The notes beneath the pieces were generated by a model. It saw only the letters and a list, made by a program, of their open reading frames with translations. It made no database searches and was not told where the DNA came from. A stretch of DNA of 29,984 bases. Origin: Paracoccaceae bacterium. GTDB taxonomy: Bacteria; Pseudomonadota; Alphaproteobacteria; Rhodobacterales; Rhodobacteraceae. The position numbers and the translations under genes were made by a program. Shown here piece by piece: positions 1 to 7,642 of the stretch (its first letter is position 1; each line of letters opens with the position of its first letter). Where the stretch lies: NCBI GenBank assembly GCA_049694515.1, contig JBAVQZ010000085.1:1-29984 (forward strand), read 5' to 3'.

Positions 1-32
1 GTCGGCTTTGAAAGCGGTTTCAAAATTTCCCT

Positions 33-1289
33 TCATGGGGCGCGTTTTTGCGGCCGTGATCCGGCGAACTGGCGTCCGCCGTCCTCGACGATCCAGTTCA
101 CGACGCGGCGTGCGTCTCGTCCGACACCCGCAATCATCGTGGAGGACACAGCGTACTGGAAATGAAGCCCGGCGAAGTAGAGATCGTCGATGTCGGTGGC
201 TTTGCCGAACCGGTGGCGGGGTGTTCCCTGTTCGTCGAGCACCGGCAGGTCGATCCAGTCGAAACCGGAATGAAAGCCGGTGCACCAGATCACTGCGGCG
301 CAAGACACCTCGGCGCCATCCTTGGAAACGGCCTTGCCATCCTCTATGCCGATGATCTTCCCTATCCGGTGGATACCTGCCCGTCGCAACTGACCGGGAC
401 GTGTCCGGATCAACGGCATACCATGCCCGTGCATCCTGTTGCGGAATTTCCGGCCCATAGGCGTCCGCATTGTCAGGATGCGATGGAACAATCCCCGGAT
501 GACAAGACGCACCAGAAGCTTGCGCCCAAGAAAGCCCGCGATGTTGAAGGGAACATGACCGACGTCGCGACCCGACAGGTAAACCTTGTGCGTTCCCACC
601 AGGTCCATTGCGATTTCAGCGCCGGAATTTCCAGCTCCAACCAAGAGCACCGGACCGTCTGGAAGTTGAGCGGGGCTCCGGTATTCGTGCGAGTGCATCT
701 GAACAACGTTGGCGCCAAGGTCGCGCGCAAAGTCTGGCACCCGCGGCTTCTGGTAGCTTGCGGCCGCAACGACAACCCGATCGGCTTCGTACGCGCCGCC
801 GGTGGTTTCCACACGAAACCGACCGTCCGGCTTGTGCAACCTTTTGACGCGCGCGTTCAGGCGCACCGGCAAGTCGAACCTTCCGGCGTAACTTTCGAGG
901 TAATCCGCCATCTGGTCTTTTGTGGGAAAGCTGTCCTTGTCACCCGGGAAGCGCAAGCCGTCGAGCCCGTCGAACTTTGCCGGGGTGAAGAGCCGCAGTG
1001 AGTCCCAGCGATTCCGCCAGACATCACCGATCCGGGAGGCGCCGTCGAGAATGACGTGGTCGATGCCATTGTGCTTCAAGTGATAGCTTACCGAAAGTCC
1101 GGCCTGTCCCGCACCGATCACGATCACGTCGTGGTGCTCGACGGCGGTCTCGGCCAGTTCTTTCCTGGATGGTGCCGGGAAGGCCCCGCGCTGGGTTCTG
1201 AGCAGGTTGCCCGTTTCAACCAGGTCCGCCGGATGGTGGCCGGCCTCCTCCGGACGGGTGGAAGCCGCTGTTATGCGCGTCGTGGGCAT
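33..1289 (-). CDS. Flavin-containing monooxygenase / FAD-dependent NAD(P)H oxidoreductase (CzcO/type II FMO-like)
   Basis: Two Rossmann motifs (VIVIGAGQAG, VLLVGAGNSG), WxxRWDSLRLFTP, degenerate FMO motif QMHSHEY, WCTGF. Start moved to ATG 1289, which has GGAGAGG upstream (ORF track start 1340). Confidence 0.85.
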   Translation of the reverse strand: MPTTRITAASTRPEEAGHHPADLVETGNLLRTQRGAFPAPSRKELAETAVEHHDVIVIGAGQAGLSVSYHLKHNGIDHVILDGASRIGDVWRNRWDSLRLFTPAKFDGLDGLRFPGDKDSFPTKDQMADYLESYAGRFDLPVRLNARVKRLHKPDGRFRVETTGGAYEADRVVVAAASYQKPRVPDFARDLGANVVQMHSHEYRSPAQLPDGPVLLVGAGNSGAEIAMDLVGTHKVYLSGRDVGHVPFNIAGFLGRKLLVRLVIRGLFHRILTMRTPMGRKFRNRMHGHGMPLIRTRPGQLRRAGIHRIGKIIGIEDGKAVSKDGAEVSCAAVIWCTGFHSGFDWIDLPVLDEQGTPRHRFGKATDIDDLYFAGLHFQYAVSSTMIAGVGRDARRVVNWIVEDGGRQFAGSRPQKRAP

Positions 1290-1356
1290 GGTTCCTCTCC
1301 AGGTACTGGTTTCATCTGGAGAAGAGCCTAAGAAGGCCACCGTCGGCTTTCATCGT

Positions 1357-1398
1357 GAGAACGCCCCATACCGGGTCTTTTCCGCATGGGGCGTTCTC
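1357..1398. promoter_or_regulatory. Perfect 13-bp inverted repeat; candidate LuxR operator or hairpin
   Basis: GAGAACGCCCCAT (1357-1369) and ATGGGGCGTTCTC (1386-1398), 16-bp spacer, between the luxR stop and the FMO start. Confidence 0.55.
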
Positions 1399-1414
1399 CC
1401 CACTCCTGAGCGGT

Positions 1415-3058
1415 TCAGATCATGCCAGTCTTCAAGGCTTTGGCGACGGCGGCGGCCCGTGAAGATACCCCGAGCTTGTTGAAAATGTTCTCGACATGCC
1501 GGTTCACCGTTTTCGGGCTGAGACCGAGTTGGCCTGCAATCTTGCGGTTCGAGCCACCGTCGGCCATCAGCGAGAGTACTTCCCGCTCGCGCGCCGTGAG
1601 AATGTCGCCCCCGGCGGCTTGGTTACCCGTTCGGATTGTCCGAATATGCGCCAGGTCAGGTTCGGCACCGAGTTGACGAAACAGCTTCTCGGCGGCAGCG
1701 AGTTCCATCTCGGCGCTCTCGACATCGCCAAGACCGAAATATCCTTGCGCGACGTCGGCGCGCAGGCGCGCAACGAGGTACGGCGCGCCGAACGCCGACC
1801 AGTAATGCCGCGCCCGGTTTAGCGCGGCAACCGCATCGGCAAACTCGCAACGCGCCAGCGCCAGCGCCCCGCAGCCCTGATCGGCGACACGGGCCAGAAT
1901 TTCCGTGCCGAAGCGATCCGCGATCTCCTTCATCTCGTTACAAAGGCTTTCGGCAATGCGCAGATCGCCGCAAGCGATGAAAATCTCTATGCCGGCGGGC
2001 AGGAGCGTCGTTTTTCGCGGCAGGTCGCCCGCAGTGTTCAGCGCGCGGCGGATCATGGTGGCCGCCTCCTTGTGTTGGCCCTGCGCGAGCCGAAGCAACG
2101 CCAACCCCGGCTGCGGATCGATCGCAATCTCTCCGGCCAGGCGATACTGGCTTTCGGACTCTTCGAATTCGCCGCGCAGCCGCAAGATTTCGCCGCGGCG
2201 GTAGGCGGCGTTTGCCAGGGCGGTTTGCTCGGTTGTCCCCTTCAGGCCCTGACCTGCGCGCTCTGTTTCCGCGAGGGCTTCGCTCCAATGTCCCTCGAGT
2301 TGCAGGACTTCGGCCCGGTGCACTTGGCAGACGCCGTTGAAGGCCTTGGCCTGTGGATTGCGCCGGCACCAGTCGTTGAGGATCGCAGTCCACTCGCGTG
2401 CGCGTTCCATTTCAAGAACCCGGCAGCAGGACGCAACGATTTCACAGTAGACAACGCCGCTCACAAGCGGCGAAAGACGCTCGCCGTTGGCCAGCAGCAT
2501 CGCCTCATCGATCGGGACGTAGCCCTCGTCGATCCGGCCCAGCCGAAACAGCAGCCCACCTTTCATGCTCCCCGCCAGCGCAATTAGGTCCGGCTCGCTT
2601 CCCTTTTCGCCTATCGTAATGGCCGTGTCGGCGATCTCGATCGCCGCCTCGTATTCGCCTTTCCCGCGTTGCATGTGGATCTGCGGCAACAGGAGATATC
2701 CGCGCTGTACGCAATCCGGCGCGGTTTGTTCGGCATGTTTCGCGGCGCGCTGAAGCCATCCGGACCCAAGTCCGACCTCTCCGATCAGCATGTACCGAAG
2801 TCCGCTCCAGAATGCCGACCGCGCGCACTCTTCGTGATCCTCTTTGGCGGAGTGATGTGCGTAAACCCGCTCAAGCGCCGCGAGCATTTCTCGATCCTGA
2901 GCCGAGATTCCCGCAGCCCAGACCAGCGATTCAAGGTCGTCTATTTCAAGCCCGACCTCGTCGTCCGCTCGCAGAAACAGTTCAGTCGCATCACCCCATG
3001 CCCTCTGTTGGTAGGCGTCCCTGGCTGCTTCTAGTGTCTTGAGCAAATTCTGTGACAT
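1415..3058 (-). CDS. Large LuxR-family regulator (helical TPR-like N-terminal region, C-terminal LuxR HTH)
   Basis: C-terminal LTAREREVLSLMADGGSNRKIAGQLGLSPKTVNRHVENIFNKLGVSSR; Ala/Leu-rich helical repeats; no Walker A motif. Start taken at MSQNLL (3058); start position uncertain. Confidence 0.88.
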   Translation of the reverse strand: MSQNLLKTLEAARDAYQQRAWGDATELFLRADDEVGLEIDDLESLVWAAGISAQDREMLAALERVYAHHSAKEDHEECARSAFWSGLRYMLIGEVGLGSGWLQRAAKHAEQTAPDCVQRGYLLLPQIHMQRGKGEYEAAIEIADTAITIGEKGSEPDLIALAGSMKGGLLFRLGRIDEGYVPIDEAMLLANGERLSPLVSGVVYCEIVASCCRVLEMERAREWTAILNDWCRRNPQAKAFNGVCQVHRAEVLQLEGHWSEALAETERAGQGLKGTTEQTALANAAYRRGEILRLRGEFEESESQYRLAGEIAIDPQPGLALLRLAQGQHKEAATMIRRALNTAGDLPRKTTLLPAGIEIFIACGDLRIAESLCNEMKEIADRFGTEILARVADQGCGALALARCEFADAVAALNRARHYWSAFGAPYLVARLRADVAQGYFGLGDVESAEMELAAAEKLFRQLGAEPDLAHIRTIRTGNQAAGGDILTAREREVLSLMADGGSNRKIAGQLGLSPKTVNRHVENIFNKLGVSSRAAAVAKALKTGMI

Positions 3059-3225
3059 TGCATCGATCAAAGCACATGATTTCAGCGAAAGCCAGAAGCC
3101 TGAGAGCGTCGATGCCCGTGTTTGCTCTGCACTCGATGTTGCCTGCTGCGACGTCACAAATGAACGGGGGCTGCAGACGTCCATGTATTCGAACTCTGCA
3201 CCGGCGCCGCGAAAGCATACACCTT

Positions 3226-3292
3226 GGATCAGCCGCCGATCTGTCCGGAGAACCGGTAACATTTCAGGGCCGATCTCTCGGGCGGCTGATCC
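3226..3292. repeat. 12-bp perfect inverted repeat enclosing a small hairpin
   Basis: GGATCAGCCGCC (3226-3237) and GGCGGCTGATCC (3281-3292); internal CCGG-AGAA-CCGG. Confidence 0.6.
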
Positions 3293-3353
3293 CTCTTGCC
3301 GGGGCATTTCCTTGACGCGCATCGTCCGTCATCAATTCAGTCAGAAGCCGGCA

Positions 3354-4280
3354 TTACTGAACCATCAAGATCAGGAGGCTCACGGTCGCGAATGAAACCG
3401 TCGTCGTGACGACCAACGTCGTCGCGGTCAGGCTTTCGATTCCGTATCGCTGGCCGAAAATGGGGAAGATGCTCAACATCGGCACGCTGGCAAAGAGAAC
3501 GCCACCGATCAGGAGCAAGTGATCCAACCCCGGAACCAGGCTGAGCGCCAGATAGGCCGCCAGCGGATGAAGCACCAGCTTTCCCATGGTGATGAGCCCG
3601 GTATCGACGGCGATACGGGGTACCGGATAGGCCGCAACAGTCCCGCCAACGGTGAAAAGCGCCACGACCGGCGCCGCCGAAACCAGGTATCCGAGAAATG
3701 TGTCCAGAACGCCCGGCACGCCGACGCCGCTGACGTTCACGACAAGCCCGGCGACGAGGCCGATCACGATCGGGTTCCGCGGCAGATCGCGCAGCGCCAG
3801 CCCGAAGGCGGCGAGGAACGTCCGGTTCCTGAACATCCCCGCATCGGCGATCGCGATGGCCAGTGGGATCATCAGCATGTTTTCGAACACCATCACCCAG
3901 GCGAGAATCGAAACCGCCGGCGATCCGATCACGAGTGCGGCAATGGGATACCCCATGAACCCGCTGTTCGAATTGGCCATTCCGAGTGCCGATATACTGC
4001 TTACGGGAAGCGGTCTGCGACGCAGGACCAGCATCAGGAAAACCCCTAGCGAGAAGACGAGCAGTGACGCGGTTCCGTATGCCGAGATGAAGGCCCAATT
4101 CAACGGCTCGCCGCCGGACCCGCTGACGGCAGAGAAGATCATTGCCGGGATGCAGATCCTGATGACGAAGGCCCCAAGCGACCGGACGACGCTGGCGTCC
4201 AGATACCCCGCCCAGACCGACAGGAACCCCACACCGATGAGGAGGTAAATGGGCGCGGTGACCTGAAGAACGCTGGTCAT
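3354..4280 (-). CDS. AEC (auxin efflux carrier) family transporter
   Basis: About 10 hydrophobic segments; motifs ICIPAMIF, SNSGFMGYP, RNPIVIG, GKLVLHP. Start overlaps the TetR stop (ATGA). Confidence 0.88.
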   Translation of the reverse strand: MTSVLQVTAPIYLLIGVGFLSVWAGYLDASVVRSLGAFVIRICIPAMIFSAVSGSGGEPLNWAFISAYGTASLLVFSLGVFLMLVLRRRPLPVSSISALGMANSNSGFMGYPIAALVIGSPAVSILAWVMVFENMLMIPLAIAIADAGMFRNRTFLAAFGLALRDLPRNPIVIGLVAGLVVNVSGVGVPGVLDTFLGYLVSAAPVVALFTVGGTVAAYPVPRIAVDTGLITMGKLVLHPLAAYLALSLVPGLDHLLLIGGVLFASVPMLSIFPIFGQRYGIESLTATTLVVTTTVSFATVSLLILMVQ

Positions 4281-4966
4281 TCGGCGTCGGGCGCCTGCTC
4301 CGGATTCATCAGCACCGATCCGAGAATCGACTGCACGACCTGTTCCTTGAGTGCGACCTGTCCCGCCTCGTCGTTCAGCCTGTCGCCGAAGATCTTCGAA
4401 AAGGTCGGCCGGTTGGAGACGTTGAAGAAACTCATCGCGCTGATCTGCCAGTGCACGATCAACGGATCGGTCCCGACCTTGAAAACGCTTGCCTCCCTGC
4501 CTCGCTCGATCACACGCTCCAGCTGGGAGATCGCACCCCGGTTCAACTCCCGGATCGCGTCGGAGCGCTCGAGGTGGAAGCCGTTATGGATGTTCTCGAT
4601 CATCACCAGGCGGATGAAATCCGGATTTTGGCGGTGATGATCGAAAGTGAACTCGATCAGGCGGCGCAAGGCCGTCACCGGTCGAAGCCCTTCGAGATCA
4701 AGCTCTTCCTCCTTGCTGCGCACGGCGCGGTACGCCTCTTCCAGCGTCTGGCGGTAGAGGCCCTCCTTGTCCCCGAAATAGTAATAGATCATCCGTTTTG
4801 ACGTCTCGGTGCGAGCGGCGATCTCGTCCACGCGCGCGCCCGAAAGACCGTGTTTCGAAAACACCTCGCGCGCGATCTGCAGAATGTTTGCCTTTACCGC
4901 CTCTGGGTTCTGTTTCCAGCTTGCGCGCCGCGCACGTGCGCTTTTCGCGTCGGTCTTTTCCGCCAT
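4277..4966 (-). CDS. TetR/AcrR-family regulator (RutR-like)
   Basis: HTH ILQIAREVFSKHGLSGARVDEIAARTETSKRMIYYYFGDKEGLY; C-terminal FIRLVMIENIH. Confidence 0.92.
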   Translation of the reverse strand: MAEKTDAKSARARRASWKQNPEAVKANILQIAREVFSKHGLSGARVDEIAARTETSKRMIYYYFGDKEGLYRQTLEEAYRAVRSKEEELDLEGLRPVTALRRLIEFTFDHHRQNPDFIRLVMIENIHNGFHLERSDAIRELNRGAISQLERVIERGREASVFKVGTDPLIVHWQISAMSFFNVSNRPTFSKIFGDRLNDEAGQVALKEQVVQSILGSVLMNPEQAPDAE

Positions 4967-5001
4967 GCATCCACTCCACTCTACAGCGCACAGATTACAT
5001 A

Positions 5002-5053
5002 ATTAACTGCCCAGTTCAATTCTATTGACAAAATTAACCGTCTGGAACATTTT
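5002..5053 (+). promoter_or_regulatory. Sigma70-type promoter of the catabolic operon with two candidate TetR boxes
   Basis: TTGACA (5025-5030), N17, CATTTT (5048-5053); boxes TTAACTGCCCAGTTCA (5003-5018) and TTAACCGTCTGGAACA (5034-5049) in an AT-rich divergent intergenic region. Confidence 0.6.
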
Positions 5054-5109
5054 CGGTAAACACAACGATTCGGCGCCGGACGCCGATCGGAACTGGACAG
5101 GACGGGATA

Positions 5110-5991
5110 ATGCCCGAAACGGACACGACTACTGCCGCAACGGCCCGCTCGACCGTGAAGGTCGGCCTGATCGGGCAAGGGATCGGTCTGTCCCGGACGC
5201 CCGCGATGCATATGGCCGAGGGCCGGGAGCAGGGCCTGCGCTACGAATACGAGATCATGGATGTGGATGATCCGAAGTTCACGGAGCACAGCCTTGCCCA
5301 GTTTCTGGAACACGCCGAGGCGTCAGGTTTCGCAGGCCTCAATGTTACCTATCCCTTCAAGATCTCGGTAATCGAGCATCTCGACGCGCTTTCCGAAAAT
5401 GCCCGGGCGCTGGGCGCCGTGAACACGGTCGTGTTCCGGAACGGAAAGCGGTTCGGACACAACACCGACCTCTGGGGGTTTTCCGAAAGCTTCCGACACG
5501 GCATGGCCGGGGCGACGACCGGTGACGTGCTTCTTCTTGGCGCCGGTGGCGCCGGCATGGCAGTGGCGCATGCCCTGCTGTCAAGTGGCGTCGAGCGTCT
5601 CTGGATCTACGACACCGAAGGGGAAAGGCTGCGGAACCTGGTCTTCGGCCTTCGGAAGCGTTTCAATACGGACCGCGCGGCGCCGGTCGACGCGCCCGAG
5701 GCGGCCGCCGACCGGATCGACGGCCTTGTTAACGCCACGCCGGTTGGAATGGCCAAGCTGCCGGGCTGCCCGTTTCCGAAACATCTCCTGCGCCCCGACA
5801 TGTGGGTCGCGGACATCGTCTATTTCCCGCTGGAAACCGAATTGCTGGCCGCTGCGCGCGCGGCAGGCTGCCGTGTTCTGCCGGGGTCGGGCATGGCCGT
5901 TTACCAGGCCGTGCGTGCCTTCGAGCTGTTCACGGGAAAGACGCCCGACCCCGGGCGGATGCGCGCAACATTCGAATCCCTCGGCGCCTGA
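5110..5991 (+). CDS. Shikimate/quinate 5-dehydrogenase, QsuD-like catabolic type
   Basis: GLIGQGIGLSRTPAMH, GLNVTYPFK, GAVNTV, GHNTD, GAGGAG, VNATPVGM, DIVYFP, GMAVYQA. Confidence 0.92.
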   Translation: MPETDTTTAATARSTVKVGLIGQGIGLSRTPAMHMAEGREQGLRYEYEIMDVDDPKFTEHSLAQFLEHAEASGFAGLNVTYPFKISVIEHLDALSENARALGAVNTVVFRNGKRFGHNTDLWGFSESFRHGMAGATTGDVLLLGAGGAGMAVAHALLSSGVERLWIYDTEGERLRNLVFGLRKRFNTDRAAPVDAPEAAADRIDGLVNATPVGMAKLPGCPFPKHLLRPDMWVADIVYFPLETELLAAARAAGCRVLPGSGMAVYQAVRAFELFTGKTPDPGRMRATFESLGA

Positions 5992-6038
5992 GATCGGGGC
6001 GGGGGACAATCTTGCAGAACGCTAACGGGAGGAGACTC

Positions 6039-7052
6039 ATGCGTTTCAATCTTACAAAGATCGCCGCCACCGCGACCGCCCTCGCGGTCGGGTTGATGGC
6101 CAGTGCGGCAATGGCCCAGACCATCCGCTTCGCCCATGTCGATCCGGATGACTGGCAGCATTCCAAGAAGGGCGCCGCGGCGCATATCTTCAAGAACATC
6201 GTCGAGGGTGAAACCGATCTGACGGTCGACATTTACCCCGCCGGCGCGCTCGGCAACGAGGACGAGTTGGTCAGCCAGGCGCAGGACGGCCTGACGCAGG
6301 TCGTCATGGTGTCCGGGGCGATGTCGAAGGTCTGCAAGGCGGCCTCGGTTCTGGACATCCCATACACCTTCCCCTCGGCCCCCGTGGCATGGAAGGTCTT
6401 GGACGGCCCCTTCGGCGACGCGCTGGCTCAGCACTGTCTGGAAGAAACCGGCCTGCGCACGCTGGCCTATGGTGAAACGGGCTTCCGCAACTTCACCAAT
6501 AACGTTCGCGAGATCCGCACCCCCGAGGACATGAAGGGGCTGAAGTTCCGCGTACAGCCGATCCCGCTCTATATCGAGATGGTCAAGGGGCTGGGCGGAG
6601 AGCCGACCCCGATCGCCTGGACCGAGCTGCCGAACGCGCTGTCCACCGGCGTGGTCGACGGGCAGGAGAACCCGGTGGGCGTCATCTACAACAACGGGCT
6701 GCACAAGCTGCAGAAGTACATGACGCTGGACGGGCACGTCTATGCCGCCGACTTCCTGCTGATCTCCGACGAGTTCTTCCAGTCGCTGACGCCCGCGCAG
6801 CAGGCGGTGGTCCAGAAGGCCGCCATTATCGCGGGCAACATGGGCCGCTCGATCCAGGAGTGGAACACGGCCGAGGGTGTCAACAAGGTCCAGGCCGAAG
6901 GGATGCAGGTCTATTCCCCCACCTCCGAGGAGCTTGCACAGTTCCGCGAAAAGGCGCAGCCCGCGGTCAAGAAATGGCTGGCAGGCGAGCTGGGCGACCA
7001 GGCGGGCTGGATCGACCGGCTGGATGAAGCGGTCGCAGCTGCGAGCGAGTGA
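6039..7052 (+). CDS. dctP: TRAP transporter substrate-binding protein (DctP family)
   Basis: Signal peptide ending AMA-Q; IYPAGALG, GFRNF, DMKGLKFRV, VDGQENP. GGAGGAG RBS before ATG 6039. Confidence 0.93.
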   Translation: MRFNLTKIAATATALAVGLMASAAMAQTIRFAHVDPDDWQHSKKGAAAHIFKNIVEGETDLTVDIYPAGALGNEDELVSQAQDGLTQVVMVSGAMSKVCKAASVLDIPYTFPSAPVAWKVLDGPFGDALAQHCLEETGLRTLAYGETGFRNFTNNVREIRTPEDMKGLKFRVQPIPLYIEMVKGLGGEPTPIAWTELPNALSTGVVDGQENPVGVIYNNGLHKLQKYMTLDGHVYAADFLLISDEFFQSLTPAQQAVVQKAAIIAGNMGRSIQEWNTAEGVNKVQAEGMQVYSPTSEELAQFREKAQPAVKKWLAGELGDQAGWIDRLDEAVAAASE

Positions 7053-7059
7053 CCAGCGC

Positions 7060-7086
7060 GGCGGGCGGCGCAGCGTGCCGCCCGCC
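7060..7086 (+). other. GC-rich intercistronic hairpin after dctP (mRNA stability or partial terminator)
   Basis: GGCGGGCGGC-GCAGCGT-GCCGCCCGCC. This position after a binding-protein gene is typical. Confidence 0.55.
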
Positions 7087-7120
7087 ACCACCTTTCCATC
7101 CGACCGAAAAGGGGAAGCCC

Positions 7121-7639
7121 ATGTCCGCGATCAGCCGCGCCTATTCGCGCGTCCTTGCCTTCGGGGCGGGAACATCGATGGCGCTGGTCTTCGGCATCAT
7201 CTTCGTAAATGCCCTGCTGCGTTACACCACGGGCAAGTCGATGGAATGGGGCGAGGAGTTGCCGATCTACCTGGCCATCTACGGCGTCATGTTCGGCATC
7301 GGTCTTGCCTATCTGCAGGACACGCATATCCGCTTCACCATCATCGTCGACCTGCTGCCCGAAACATTCCGGACGCGCCTCTTCGCCGCAGTCGACCTGG
7401 CCACCTGTGTCGTCGGCGTGATGCTGGCATGGTCGGGTGTGATCTTCGCCGCACGGCGTGGCGCGGTCGAGGCATCGGGCCTGATCGGCACCGCCAAGGA
7501 GATGGCAGCCGCCACCGGACTGGACTGGCTGGTCTGGGTTGGCCGCATGGGCACCTGGCAGGCCGCCATCGCGGTGGGCGGCGGCATCCTCACGCTTTCG
7601 GCGGTCCTGAGCTTCATCCGCCGCCTGAAGGAGCTTTGA
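7121..7639 (+). CDS. dctQ: TRAP transporter small permease (DctQ)
   Basis: Four TM segments; NALLRY, WGEELPIYL, HIRFTI. AAAGGGG before ATG 7121. Confidence 0.9.
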   Translation: MSAISRAYSRVLAFGAGTSMALVFGIIFVNALLRYTTGKSMEWGEELPIYLAIYGVMFGIGLAYLQDTHIRFTIIVDLLPETFRTRLFAAVDLATCVVGVMLAWSGVIFAARRGAVEASGLIGTAKEMAAATGLDWLVWVGRMGTWQAAIAVGGGILTLSAVLSFIRRLKEL

Positions 7640-7642
7640 GCC

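Noticed and set aside
7..24. TTTGAAA-GCGG-TTTCAAA dyad after the FMO stop
   Set aside because: Weak AT stem without a U-tract at the window edge; cannot be interpreted.
3059..3322. 88-codon N-terminal extension of the LuxR ORF
   Set aside because: Low coding character and crosses an inverted repeat; probably intergenic. Similar ORF-track extensions of aspS, dctP, dctQ, clpP and mlaD were trimmed to downstream ATGs, most with a clear RBS.
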